The notes under the pieces were generated by a model. The model saw only the letters and a list, made by a program, of their open reading frames with translations. It was not told the DNA's origin and made no database searches. From a virus: DNA of 64,000 nt. The DNA is taken from positions 96,001 to 160,000 of the IMG/VR virus record IMGVR_UViG_3300005096_000005. One strand, 5' to 3'. Within the stretch, counting starts at the first letter, position 1. Each line of letters opens with the position of its first letter. A program made the position numbers and the translations under genes. Shown here one piece after another: positions 48,659 through 58,718 of the stretch.

Positions 48659-49132
48659 TTACTTTCGCTCTTCATAGAGCACAATAACAATACTCTGGTC
48701 GTGAAGAACCTCTGTCGGATCGATAACGTCAATCTCGGTAGGGTTCGCCACAAAGTTTTGTACGGTATAGTCGTCTGTTGCACCTTTTGCCTTAAGCAGC
48801 CCATCGATGAATAGCAGCTCATTCCTGGTCGGATTCGCATTGGGCAGAGTAATCTTACCAGACGTTCCAAGAACTGCCAGACCTGTTGTTTTGAATGTTT
48901 GCTGTTCTCCCCAATGAATGTGGCGACTCGAATCTTCCACATGCTTCTGCAGATTCGGATTAGGATCAACAGCATTGGGCGCTATCGTCACCTGCGCCGC
49001 CGTAACAGCATGCGGATTGGTTACGTCATTCATGTGGTCGTACATGGCGGAATAGCCGAGCCACCACAAATTCTCGTAGTAGTCCCACTTCTTCAGAAAC
49101 TGATGTCCAGGTACGACTTCTTCAATTATCAT
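48659..49132 (-). CDS. Short fibre-like protein
   Basis: HMNDVTNPHAVTAAQV motif common in phage fibres; small C-terminal beta domain. Confidence 0.55.
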   Translation of the reverse strand: MIIEEVVPGHQFLKKWDYYENLWWLGYSAMYDHMNDVTNPHAVTAAQVTIAPNAVDPNPNLQKHVEDSSRHIHWGEQQTFKTTGLAVLGTSGKITLPNANPTRNELLFIDGLLKAKGATDDYTVQNFVANPTEIDVIDPTEVLHDQSIVIVLYEERK

Positions 49133-50868
49133 TCTGTGCTCCCGAGCATCAGGCCGTAAGAATATACACTCTCACTTCCCGTGATTGTCAGTTCTATGAT
49201 AACTTCCCGACCCTCGTCCGGCACCATATCTATAGCCTTATCGAAGTCCGTCGAAGTGATCGTTTTCCATGCCACCCCACCGTTTACAGTCACTCTGGCA
49301 GATACCGCGGCAGGGTCTGACGCTTCAACGTGCAACATCACATACTCGACATCGTACATGGCTGCTGTATAAGAATAGGTGCGGGTAGTATAAACACCCG
49401 GTCCCTTGAGCTGGTGGTCCTCGATAACTGCACCAGCCAGGCTTCCTCCGGCCTGGATCGCTATATCGTCCTTGAACACATCCAGAATGAGCCCACGATA
49501 CCACATGCTTGAAAAGAACCAGTCACGGTACCATGTCTCCTCCTGGTGCGACTTCATGTCCCTTCCCGCAAACGCCGAAGTTGCCGGAAACGCCGGAGGG
49601 TTCGCTCCATCCAGATTCCACGGATCGCCCAGTACCGTCTCCATAATATTCCTGATATTACTCAGGTCATTGTTTAGATGGGCTGGAGTTGCATACCAGG
49701 AAGAGTCTATCGGACCGGTCGCTACATCAGTCTGTTCAATGGACCCTTCAGGCAAAGACACTGTCCCTGTTACGACAAGATCCGTCGCTGTCAGGGCCGT
49801 TATAGCCGCGGAGTCCGATACCAGATTAGTAAACAGAGCGTCCGTAGCCTGTATTGCGTCTGTAATGACCGCTTCGAGCGGTACAGTACCGCCCAGGACC
49901 GCTCCTGCGCCACCCCAGGCTGTGATTAACGGAAACAACATCGCAGCGTCCAGCTTGGTCGGCATAACGCTTTCCATAATTGCCAGACGCGCCTCGATTC
50001 CGGATACATCCGACTGAATGCCGGGGATCAGAGCCTGTAGGTTACTGATGTCGACGGCAATGACGGCAAGGCTCGCTGCATTATTGTTTATCTTCTCGGA
50101 CATGAACGGATGTGCTGCTGTGTCCCACACATGTCGAGCCCACAATTCCTGTGTCGCCATTCCCAGCGAAACCAGTTCCTGGGTTGTGAGGTTATGCGCT
50201 ACCGTAGCAGTAGCATCGTCATGGACCCTGAAGTCCACCTGCATCTGCTCAAGAACCTCCGACAGAACCTCTCCCGCCATCCTGATTACGGAAGCATCCA
50301 ACTCCCCTACATGGTCTTCCAGCATGTGGAACATTGGATGGTGATCGTCTTTGTCTATAAGGTCCAGGTCTATATGCCGTATCTTTCTGGTCTGCACCCC
50401 TTCGTGCCTGTGTCCTGCTGTCGGATGCCATTGAATGATGAGCTCCTGAAGTGCGCCAACGTGGTCAGGACCGGTAAGCATGTGCAGTCTTTTATGATGG
50501 TCATTCTCTCCAACATTCCAGAGCGTCTGGTGGTCAATAAGTTTACCGAACGCACCACCTGCATGTGTATGGCCGTCTATCCAATCCATCTGAACGGCAG
50601 CCTCCGGGAGAGTGAATCCATCAGGCAGAGCTATCGCCAGGAACTCCTCCTGGCCGCTCATAATAGCGTCAATACGATCCGTTATGACCGCATCGGAATC
50701 CCGAAGTGCGGCAAACTCGTCGGCCAGGCTTTGCTCCACGCTGATGTCAACGACCTCCATCAGTCGCATCAAAGACTGGTCAATCTGCTCGTTGCGCTGC
50801 TGCTCATCCGCACTGACGACCAGCTCGTATAGAGAACTCCCTCTGTCTTTAACAACCTTCTGTGACAT
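49129..50868 (-). CDS. Fibre-like protein with His-rich repeats and coiled coil
   Basis: Two GHxHxG...DHH...DHVG.L repeats; heptads near aa 260-300; C-terminal VTVNGGVAW domain. Confidence 0.6.
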   Translation of the reverse strand: MSQKVVKDRGSSLYELVVSADEQQRNEQIDQSLMRLMEVVDISVEQSLADEFAALRDSDAVITDRIDAIMSGQEEFLAIALPDGFTLPEAAVQMDWIDGHTHAGGAFGKLIDHQTLWNVGENDHHKRLHMLTGPDHVGALQELIIQWHPTAGHRHEGVQTRKIRHIDLDLIDKDDHHPMFHMLEDHVGELDASVIRMAGEVLSEVLEQMQVDFRVHDDATATVAHNLTTQELVSLGMATQELWARHVWDTAAHPFMSEKINNNAASLAVIAVDISNLQALIPGIQSDVSGIEARLAIMESVMPTKLDAAMLFPLITAWGGAGAVLGGTVPLEAVITDAIQATDALFTNLVSDSAAITALTATDLVVTGTVSLPEGSIEQTDVATGPIDSSWYATPAHLNNDLSNIRNIMETVLGDPWNLDGANPPAFPATSAFAGRDMKSHQEETWYRDWFFSSMWYRGLILDVFKDDIAIQAGGSLAGAVIEDHQLKGPGVYTTRTYSYTAAMYDVEYVMLHVEASDPAAVSARVTVNGGVAWKTITSTDFDKAIDMVPDEGREVIIELTITGSESVYSYGLMLGSTE

Positions 50869-50876
50869 GACTCCCC

Positions 50877-51551
50877 TTAATATATAGGTCTGTTTGATTG
50901 AAGTGACGAACCTGAACTGCTCGCCGCCATACCGCCAAGAAGTGCCATCCCAAGCCCGACACTAGTGCCAATAACACCGCCCCACTTGAGTCGTTTTCCA
51001 AGCGCTGCAGCCTCCTCACCAAAGTGTTCTGTGATAACATTCTTGACACCAGACACTTGAGCAGCGTATCTGCGCGCCCCAGGGATTCGAGATACAATAC
51101 TACCGGTTCGGCCTCCTATTGTGGCTTCCAGAACTTCCTCCGCCGGCATCGCGTATGCGCCACGAACGCCGCGCCGTCCGGTCATCAAGGTTTCAGCAGT
51201 ACTTACACCTTTCTGGTACGACACACGTACCGCATCTGCCCCACCTGGAGCTATAACTTTTGCCGCTACAGGAAACAAAGCAGAGCCAGCCCCGAGGGTT
51301 GCGCCAGCCATACCTCCTGTTATTGCCGAATGGAACACACGACTTGGTGTGCTGCTGTATGGGTCAGTGGCTGCGTTATATACTCCAGATGCAGCTCCCG
51401 AAACACCCGCACCAGTAAACAATGCACCGGCTGCTGTCGCGGCGTACCTGACAAAAGGGTTGACAGGTCTTTCGATGCTGGGAGCAAAACTTTGAAACAT
51501 AGCACTACCGCCAGCTAACAAACCTCCTCCATAAAGTAAAGTATCAATCAT
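50877..51551 (-). CDS. Gly/Ala-rich multi-TM protein
   Basis: About four hydrophobic glycine-zipper segments. Confidence 0.55.
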   Translation of the reverse strand: MIDTLLYGGGLLAGGSAMFQSFAPSIERPVNPFVRYAATAAGALFTGAGVSGAASGVYNAATDPYSSTPSRVFHSAITGGMAGATLGAGSALFPVAAKVIAPGGADAVRVSYQKGVSTAETLMTGRRGVRGAYAMPAEEVLEATIGGRTGSIVSRIPGARRYAAQVSGVKNVITEHFGEEAAALGKRLKWGGVIGTSVGLGMALLGGMAASSSGSSLQSNRPIY

Positions 51552-53107
51552 TACGGGCTCACCTCCACATTAAACAGCACCGTGAACCATTCCATCCGCG
51601 GTGTTCTGTCCGAACTCTCGGACATCATCTCAACCTTAACCCGAATATGTGCCCCAGGGTTGATGGGGACATCCACTGTCTGAATATCATCTTCGGGATC
51701 ATACGCAAAATCTGCTGTCATGTACGTAGCGCCACCATCTGAAGATAGCCTGATCCGTATCTGGGTATCATCCTCAACCTCAAATCGCGACCTCATCTGA
51801 ACGTCTTTGATGTTTCCAGGCGCCTCTATCTCAAACGTAGACCCTATCCACTCGCCTACAGGGTAAGGTTCACGACGCGCCAAACGAAGCTGACTGATGC
51901 GAGTGTCTGTGTAGAGATTGTCCTGCCCACTCACACGCTCCGTGAGGTCCAGGAAGTGTTTTCCAAAACCATAACGTCTCGCACTGAGGTGTTGGATGTC
52001 ACGGAACAGATTCTCATACCATGCGGCAGTCATAGAACCACTACCTCCTATAGATACGGGGGCGCTCCCTCCGTTCGGAATGATGACGAGAATATTGGGC
52101 TGTTCTGGGTCTACATAGGCGTCATCAATCCCAACGGCCCCTGGCGATGTCGTATTCGGGTCAGACTGCTGCACCTTATGCCCTGTTATCTGTATGTTGT
52201 TGATGTCGATAGAGTCCGGGTCTATCTGTTTGTTGTATATCGCCTTGATGTATTCCGGCTCCTGGTCCAAATCCATATCAGCAGGTTCCACAGCGATAAG
52301 CCTGAACGGCTCATTGCCTGTCAGGAGCTCGTAAGCCCCCTGGCCCGGTTCGAATTCCCTTTCCGGCAAGTATGGAACTTCCTGTCCCGGCTCAAGAATA
52401 TAAAACGAGTGCAGCAAGGACCAGGCACTCCATCTCTCGTCGATGTACGTACGCATCTTCCAGTAGTACTGCTTGCCAGTCTCAAACGGCACGTCCGGTG
52501 AGAACTCCGTCTGATCGCCGGGAATGTCCAGAGGAAACGTCTGAGACCAACCCGGAGGTAAGTATAGCGGATCCATCAATTCTGAAGTTCCTACCATAAT
52601 CTCATACTTATCCGCTCCAGCAATAGCCGTCCAGCGAAAGGTGGGTCTAACTTCAGTTATCGACGAATACTCGACAGGAAGCTCTATAACGGGCGGAAGA
52701 GCACTCACCGACCCGGTCGAGAATGCAAACACTTCATTATGGCCCATCGCATTCCCTACAACATTCTTAATAACACTGTTCGTACCACCCGTGAACGGGT
52801 GCGAGAGACCGACCAGAGTTATCTGGTACTGCGTTTCCGGTTGTAGGGGTTCTGATGGGGTGAAGATACCTACGAAGTCGCCATCCTGAATACCAAACTT
52901 CGGATTCGGAAGCGCCTCATAGCGAACCGAACCCGCTATCGGCGTGATAGCGTTTCGAGCCACAATAAACGTACCCGTATGCAGAGTCGCTGCATCGATC
53001 GCCTGCGAGAAGAATACTTTAATCTCCGTCGTCAGAGGGACCTTTGATTGCGAGTCTTCGGGGGACGTTTTGAGGACTTTAATGTCTTCAGTTACCCCAA
53101 AAACCAT
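51551..53107 (-). CDS. Ig-like (Big_5/SbsA-type) plus FN3 structural protein
   Basis: VLKTSPED...VPLTTEIKVFFSQAID...FTPSEPLQPETQY...FSTG; PTFRW...YYWKMR...WSAWS. Confidence 0.7.
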   Translation of the reverse strand: MVFGVTEDIKVLKTSPEDSQSKVPLTTEIKVFFSQAIDAATLHTGTFIVARNAITPIAGSVRYEALPNPKFGIQDGDFVGIFTPSEPLQPETQYQITLVGLSHPFTGGTNSVIKNVVGNAMGHNEVFAFSTGSVSALPPVIELPVEYSSITEVRPTFRWTAIAGADKYEIMVGTSELMDPLYLPPGWSQTFPLDIPGDQTEFSPDVPFETGKQYYWKMRTYIDERWSAWSLLHSFYILEPGQEVPYLPEREFEPGQGAYELLTGNEPFRLIAVEPADMDLDQEPEYIKAIYNKQIDPDSIDINNIQITGHKVQQSDPNTTSPGAVGIDDAYVDPEQPNILVIIPNGGSAPVSIGGSGSMTAAWYENLFRDIQHLSARRYGFGKHFLDLTERVSGQDNLYTDTRISQLRLARREPYPVGEWIGSTFEIEAPGNIKDVQMRSRFEVEDDTQIRIRLSSDGGATYMTADFAYDPEDDIQTVDVPINPGAHIRVKVEMMSESSDRTPRMEWFTVLFNVEVSP

Positions 53108-53110
53108 ATG

Positions 53111-53578
53111 TTATCCCTCTTGTGCCAGTTTGTCGTCTACCGTCGCGAGCTCCTCATCTGTAGCGTGCTTGACACACACCGACAAGTACTTCAGCGCCTT
53201 GTTCTTGCATTGCTTTCCGCTGGCTGTTTCTGCGGTACACTGTTTCTTGGTTGTTGGCCGCTTTACCTTCTTCGGCCTCTCTATAACCTCCGGGACGCCA
53301 TCTGCATCTTTGTCCTCAGTGGTAAACTTGCCCTCTTCGTCGCGCCATATCGGAGAGCCTTCCTCAAATGTTTCAGGTGGAATCTCCTGCTCAGCGGACA
53401 CCTTGTCTTCGTCTATGACGGATATGATACCTGCCTGCACACCCCAGCTCAAAGTGTTGCTCCAATCCTTCTCCTCCACCTCGGCATCGGGCGTGTAGCG
53501 GTCTACTCTCACTGGCGGAGTGGCGCATTCGAACTGATGTTTTCCTTCATTCAGTCTGATCTTTATATTCTTACCCAT
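53111..53578 (-). CDS. Acidic protein with C3H zinc-finger motif
   Basis: QCTAETASGKQCKNKALKYLSVCVKH; RBS GGAGG. Confidence 0.6.
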   Translation of the reverse strand: MGKNIKIRLNEGKHQFECATPPVRVDRYTPDAEVEEKDWSNTLSWGVQAGIISVIDEDKVSAEQEIPPETFEEGSPIWRDEEGKFTTEDKDADGVPEVIERPKKVKRPTTKKQCTAETASGKQCKNKALKYLSVCVKHATDEELATVDDKLAQEG

Positions 53579-53590
53579 GCTGCCCTCCGA

Positions 53591-53630
53591 TATAAAGGGA
53601 GTCCGGGGGAGGCACTGCTCCCCCGGTCCC
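53591..53630 (-). terminator. Terminator-like hairpin after major capsid gene
   Basis: GGGA-CCGGGGGAG-CAGTGC-CTCCCCCGG-AC-TCCC followed by TTTATA; short U tract suggests leaky termination. Confidence 0.65.
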
Positions 53631-53653
53631 AGTTACTTGTCACACTGCGGCAA

Positions 53654-54865
53654 TTATCCGCTGACATTGTATACGAACTGAACCGTCGGATCGTAAGACA
53701 CGTCGGCACGGATGTTCTTGGCCACAATAATGGCGCGTCCTTTGTTAAGGATGCCCCAACCCTTTCGGGCTTTGGTTTTGATGTTGCGGATGTCCTGAGA
53801 TGGCTCGCGCCACTCGTCGGACATAATATCTTCCTTAACGAGTTCCACGCCCACTTCGCTGCGGTCGGTGACATAGAGATCGCCGGCCTTTTTCTGCTTG
53901 TTGAAGTGTACGCGAGGGCTGAGGATTGGCTGAATCGCAAACGGCAAAGCCGCGGCGATAGCCTGTTCACCCAGTGGAACATTGGAAGGATTCCAGCGCT
54001 GCGGAACATTGCCCAGACCGCCGAAGAAGATGGTCTTCGCATAGGAAGGCCAATACAGCGGATGCATCAGGACATTGGTCGGGGTGAATTCGTGAGCCAT
54101 AAGGGTCGCGATCATCTCGATCCAGTCCATGGTGCTCAGGGTGTCGTTGAGTGCCAGAGACGGTCCTACCGGACCACCTGCGGGCGCTGAACCTGGCGGG
54201 ACAGACGGGTCGAACCCGTATCCTGTCGGGTGAGCGTCACTGGTTTCCGGCAGTGCGCCGTCGAAGCGGACGTGAGCGTGCATATGGAAGGCGTTGGCGC
54301 GTTTCTGCTCCTCCCACCTTGCCATAGCGCGTCCGGCGCCGCGTGTGAGGATGCCGATAACATCCCACAGTGAATCCTGAATGGCCTCGTCGGTGGCACC
54401 GAACATGAGACCATACTTGCCAACCTTGATCTCCAGCGACTTGTGGAGGCCGAAGTCAACGATGGCTTTGGGGTAAGGCTGGCCTTCTGCGATATCGTTC
54501 GCGGTCATTGCTGACACGCTGGGGAACTCAATCGCGTTTCCGGCCGTGAGCCGAATAATCTGGAAGAACTGCTTGAAGATCAGCACAGGCTCCGCTGCTT
54601 CGCGAAGCGTGCCTTGAATGACCCGTGGCATGAGCACGGAGGCATCGTCGCTCGTCAGGAACTCCTCCAGGGAGATCCTTTCGTTAGCGCGTGAATCCAG
54701 ATTGTACTCGGCGAGTGTGGAGAAGACCTTGGAGTTCAGCGGGATGGCTTTCTCTTGCTTCTCCATCTCGATGAGGAATTCAGACACCTTGGACACATTC
54801 TCGATCTTGCGCCCGTCAGGTCGTTTTCCTTCCTCGATCATCTCTTTGAGCGAGAGCTTTAACAT
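53654..54865 (-). CDS. Major capsid protein (HK97 fold)
   Basis: LMPRVIQGTLREAAEP...IAEGQPYP...KVGKYG...TDEAIQDS.WDVI...GRAMAR...PTNVLMHP; synteny after protease and decoration genes; followed by hairpin. Confidence 0.9.
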   Translation of the reverse strand: MLKLSLKEMIEEGKRPDGRKIENVSKVSEFLIEMEKQEKAIPLNSKVFSTLAEYNLDSRANERISLEEFLTSDDASVLMPRVIQGTLREAAEPVLIFKQFFQIIRLTAGNAIEFPSVSAMTANDIAEGQPYPKAIVDFGLHKSLEIKVGKYGLMFGATDEAIQDSLWDVIGILTRGAGRAMARWEEQKRANAFHMHAHVRFDGALPETSDAHPTGYGFDPSVPPGSAPAGGPVGPSLALNDTLSTMDWIEMIATLMAHEFTPTNVLMHPLYWPSYAKTIFFGGLGNVPQRWNPSNVPLGEQAIAAALPFAIQPILSPRVHFNKQKKAGDLYVTDRSEVGVELVKEDIMSDEWREPSQDIRNIKTKARKGWGILNKGRAIIVAKNIRADVSYDPTVQFVYNVSG

Positions 54866-54880
54866 TGAAGGTTCCCTCCC

Positions 54881-56275
54881 TTATCTGAGGTAGAGCTGGA
54901 AGCGCGCAACACCGATGCACTTCGCAATGTCAATGTTCACGGGGACTCCTGCAACCTGGCCTTTGGCCCGGAAGAAGAGTTCGACCGCCCCGTAATCGAT
55001 TGTGCGCGGGTTAGTGATAGTGAGAGTCAGAATGCCTTCGCCGTTATCGTCAACGGCCACTGCCTCTGTTCCGCCGCCACCATCCTGTGCCCGCAGCCAG
55101 GCTTGGACATCCAGCGTGGTTCCGTAGGTTGTCCCGTCGGCCAGAATGTCCGTATTGTCCAGAGTGCCCGCCACTCCGTTGCCTTTAAGGGCCGCACCCA
55201 CTCCGCCGAAAGCGTAGTAGTACAGCTGGAGGACGATTGCTCCTGCGGAATTCTGAAGAGCCCCGCCGGTGTTGTCCAGGGTAAACCTGTCCTGCTGCCA
55301 TGTCTGCCAGTTGGCACCATCCGAAAGATTCGGAATGCCCATAGCGTCGCGGAACCATGGGTCTTGCAGACGCGGATCGTAGGGATACATTCCTTTGCCG
55401 GCGTCATTCGGACCATAGCTGAACAGGGTGTTGGAATTCGGGTCACGCCAGAACCTGCGGTCCTCGCCATCATAGGCGGCATAGCCGTCGTCGGCGGGGT
55501 TGCCAGTCCAGAAGCCTTTACCGAACTCGAATTCGAAGGGGTTGTCAAACTGCACCCACTCAGCGAGACCGTCAAAGACCGGACCGTCATCAAACTCGAA
55601 GATCTGAGCGATTACGATATCATCGTACGGGTCCAGTTTCTGAGCGGAAGCCGCCAGAGTCGTGTGCTGGAGTTTAACATTGGTGAACCATCCGGGAGCG
55701 CGAGTTCCGTCCGCATTGGAATTGGTCGGATCGCTTCCGCAGATACGCAACACGTCACCGGGCAAAATGCCCTGTGGCGCCACGATAGCGCCCCATACGT
55801 GTTCGGCTGCGTCTGCATCATCGTAGCTCTCGAATACTGGAAGTTCAAAGTATCCGCGAACTGCGATGCCGGGCCTGTTCGCCGAAAGCCTGTCGGCCAC
55901 GGGTTTGAACAGGTTGAGATAAGACAGGCCCGAAACATACCTGGTCTGTCCTACAGTGGCACTTGCTGGATTGGCGTGAATGTCAGCATAATCCAGAAGA
56001 CCGGAGTTATTAAAGGCAACCATGTTGCCCTTGGGGAGCACACACTGGCCCTGGGATGCTGTGTTATTATCCCATGTCCACTTGTACTCCATCTGCTTCG
56101 CTGCTACCTGGGGCGCCGGATCGACTTCCAGCCCATGCATCGGGATGATGTCGACGTGAGGACCGCGGATCAGCCGGTTATTGGTCCGACCCCGCGTCTT
56201 GTCGACATAAGGCTGGGGCATCAATCCACTGGCACCGTAGACAGGAGCTCGGCCCATTGTAGCTGCTTTTGCCAT
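54881..56275 (-). CDS. Putative capsid decoration / cement protein
   Basis: Between scaffold and MCP; VLPKGNMVA...GYFELP...GILPGDVL pattern; RBS GAGGAGG. Confidence 0.6.
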   Translation of the reverse strand: MAKAATMGRAPVYGASGLMPQPYVDKTRGRTNNRLIRGPHVDIIPMHGLEVDPAPQVAAKQMEYKWTWDNNTASQGQCVLPKGNMVAFNNSGLLDYADIHANPASATVGQTRYVSGLSYLNLFKPVADRLSANRPGIAVRGYFELPVFESYDDADAAEHVWGAIVAPQGILPGDVLRICGSDPTNSNADGTRAPGWFTNVKLQHTTLAASAQKLDPYDDIVIAQIFEFDDGPVFDGLAEWVQFDNPFEFEFGKGFWTGNPADDGYAAYDGEDRRFWRDPNSNTLFSYGPNDAGKGMYPYDPRLQDPWFRDAMGIPNLSDGANWQTWQQDRFTLDNTGGALQNSAGAIVLQLYYYAFGGVGAALKGNGVAGTLDNTDILADGTTYGTTLDVQAWLRAQDGGGGTEAVAVDDNGEGILTLTITNPRTIDYGAVELFFRAKGQVAGVPVNIDIAKCIGVARFQLYLR

Positions 56276-56302
56276 GATACTGCCTCCTCTGTGTCAGAGA
56301 TA

Positions 56303-58705
56303 TTATGACTGATCCTTCGGAGTCTCTGCCAGGGCACCGGTCGATACAGCAGCCGCGACGAAACGTCTTACGGCTTTACTGCTTTCGTTCGGTTTATCTC
56401 CCTGACCACCGCTGGCGTTATCGACCTTAACACCATTCCCTGCGGGGGCGTCGCCTGATTCTGTGGCGGGCCTTGCCGCGGGCATCGGATTGTCCGAAGT
56501 ACCCAGTTCGCTCTGCAGATCTTCAAGCAGATGTTTCAGCGAGTCGATCGGCAGTTTAGTATACTGCTCACGAAGCTCTTCTTCTGTACGCTTGCTTCCC
56601 GCGCCCACACGAGTTTTGACCAGTTTCTCAACGAGGTCCTTATGGACGTCCGCGCCGAGTTTCGAGTTCTGCTCCTGAAGCTCTGTAACTTCCTTCTGGA
56701 GCGAAGCTTCGCTGGCCTGGAGTGTGGAGATCTGTCCGTTGAGCTGTTCAATCTGGCTATCACGAACGGCAACTGTATCGGTCAAATCTTCGATCTTGGC
56801 CTCTGCTGCTGCGAGCTCATCCTTCACTTTCTTGAGCTCCTCGGCTCCCGCGCCGCAACCGCATCCATCTCCGGTGGCGCCTTCGCCTGTGTTCGTGTTG
56901 CCTGTCTGCTTCTCGGAACCGAAGCCTTCCTTCGCTTTGTGGATCGTGTCCTCCTGCATGTTCGCAATCATCACAAACTCTTCAGGATTGAACCACTTTG
57001 GAAGTTTGCCCTCTGCTCCGGGATACAGACCCTTGTCGTCCAGCCTGGTTTCCTGTTCGGCAACAGCGTTCATTATCCTGCCCCGCTGTTCCACAGTAAG
57101 CTTCTCGCGGGTGCTGGGCCATGCCAGCATGGCGCGAGCCGTCTGTGCTCCGAACGATGTGAAGACCGGGAATGACCTGTTGGGGCCGCAAAACACACCC
57201 TCCTCCAGGTCTGCCAGAAAGTCTTCGTGGGCTTTGAGCTCTTCGCGTTCTCCTTCTTTAACGGAGTCTGTTTCAGATTCCGCCCACTCCGACTGCAGCA
57301 CAGTATCCCAGTCCTCGTCGGACTTGGCCTTGACCGTTTTCAGGTCTTCTGTCAGGCCATTGGACTCGCACCAGCTATCGACCCATTCGACAGCCTTGTC
57401 GCCCGTGACATCAACCAGCTCGATGGTAACCGTCTGTTTGTCTTCGGATTCCTTCTTGTTGCTCGTCTTGACGCCAAACTGTTTGGCTTTGCGTCTGAGA
57501 CAGGCAAGAATCCTGGACCTGACAGCAGACGAATACCTGCCGCCGTGCTGAGCCAGGCGAGCGAGTCCGTTTCGGACGTGCGACGCGTCGTGGGCCGGAT
57601 ACGATCTATTCGGTCCACAGAACGCGCTGTCGGGTAGCGCTTTGCGCTTCTTGGTGGAGAGCTTCGCTTCAATCATCTCCTGCTCTGGAATCGCAGGATA
57701 CACAACTTTCTTTGCTGGCATTGAAGCGTCCTCCTCATTCGTTGGTGTGGGAATAGTTCCCATTCCGGCACTTTCTTTCCATCCGTCGGGGATCCAGAAG
57801 TGCCGGCGCTCCTTATGGAGCTTGATGACGTAGAAGGCTTCTTGCGGTTGGGTTTCACACTCGCCCACACCGAGACATTCACCTTCCTCGCCGACGCAAC
57901 CGTAGCATACCGTCTTGTGGTCTGCCTTCTCGCCAGAGAACACGATCTCTCCGCTCCTGGAGATACTCTCTTCGAATCGTTCGCGAGTGTCTACCTGCAG
58001 AATTGCAGACGAAGACTTCGCGGGTTGGTTTACGAAAGAATATTCCTGGAACCAGAGATTGCCGAGTTCCCATGCGCACATACGGTCGCCTTTGGGATCC
58101 TGCTCCCCGTCCTGGTTATACCTCCGACCTTTTACATGGTCGCAGAGCTCACGGGTTGCCACGATGTCGTGCCCACATATCGTGCAGAGCGCCGCGTCTG
58201 TCTGAGAACCGATGCTGCCAGTCAGATACTCCCCCCTTACTACCTTGCCTATCGCCTCGGGCTGAGTCAATGTAGGATACAGAAGTATTCCTGCGTTCCC
58301 GTTTCGGCGAGCGTACTTGGCGTCCTCCGGAGCCCGAATACGTCCGAGCGGGTCCACGTCAATGTCGTGGTTCGTGAGAATAGGCTTGCCGAACGGAGAA
58401 GACCATGACGCGACACCGCTGGGGTAGCCGTCCTCGTCAGGCTTTCCGCTCAATAACCTCTTGGCCGTGTAGATGTTATGGTTCTTCGTCGACCCGGCCT
58501 CGATTGCCCATATCTCGGGACGTATCGATCCTTGCTGGAGTGCTTCCCAGAATTCGGAACCAGGAGTCATCTCGGCGACAATAGACCTCTCCACCTGTGC
58601 AGGGGAGAACCCTCCATGCGCTGGGGTTGCAAAGGAGAGAAGTGTAGGCTTCTTTGCCCAATTCTCAAAGATCCTTAACCTGTACTGTGCATCACCTCGT
58701 GCCAT
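56303..58705 (-). CDS. Prohead protease / scaffold fusion with two DUF6582-like repeats
   Basis: KPILTNHD...PLGRI...GSIGS...CTICG...CDH...EYSFVNQPA protease motifs; C-terminal acidic coiled coil; RBS AAGGAGG. Confidence 0.8.
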   Translation of the reverse strand: MARGDAQYRLRIFENWAKKPTLLSFATPAHGGFSPAQVERSIVAEMTPGSEFWEALQQGSIRPEIWAIEAGSTKNHNIYTAKRLLSGKPDEDGYPSGVASWSSPFGKPILTNHDIDVDPLGRIRAPEDAKYARRNGNAGILLYPTLTQPEAIGKVVRGEYLTGSIGSQTDAALCTICGHDIVATRELCDHVKGRRYNQDGEQDPKGDRMCAWELGNLWFQEYSFVNQPAKSSSAILQVDTRERFEESISRSGEIVFSGEKADHKTVCYGCVGEEGECLGVGECETQPQEAFYVIKLHKERRHFWIPDGWKESAGMGTIPTPTNEEDASMPAKKVVYPAIPEQEMIEAKLSTKKRKALPDSAFCGPNRSYPAHDASHVRNGLARLAQHGGRYSSAVRSRILACLRRKAKQFGVKTSNKKESEDKQTVTIELVDVTGDKAVEWVDSWCESNGLTEDLKTVKAKSDEDWDTVLQSEWAESETDSVKEGEREELKAHEDFLADLEEGVFCGPNRSFPVFTSFGAQTARAMLAWPSTREKLTVEQRGRIMNAVAEQETRLDDKGLYPGAEGKLPKWFNPEEFVMIANMQEDTIHKAKEGFGSEKQTGNTNTGEGATGDGCGCGAGAEELKKVKDELAAAEAKIEDLTDTVAVRDSQIEQLNGQISTLQASEASLQKEVTELQEQNSKLGADVHKDLVEKLVKTRVGAGSKRTEEELREQYTKLPIDSLKHLLEDLQSELGTSDNPMPAARPATESGDAPAGNGVKVDNASGGQGDKPNESSKAVRRFVAAAVSTGALAETPKDQS

Positions 58706-58718
58706 CTGGCGCCTCCTT

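Noticed and set aside
53048-57551. Long plus-strand ORFs (53048..54190, 55103..56308, 56724..57551; also 13512..14585 and 45140..46168)
   Set aside because: They are antisense shadows of well-supported minus-strand genes and have no recognisable motifs.
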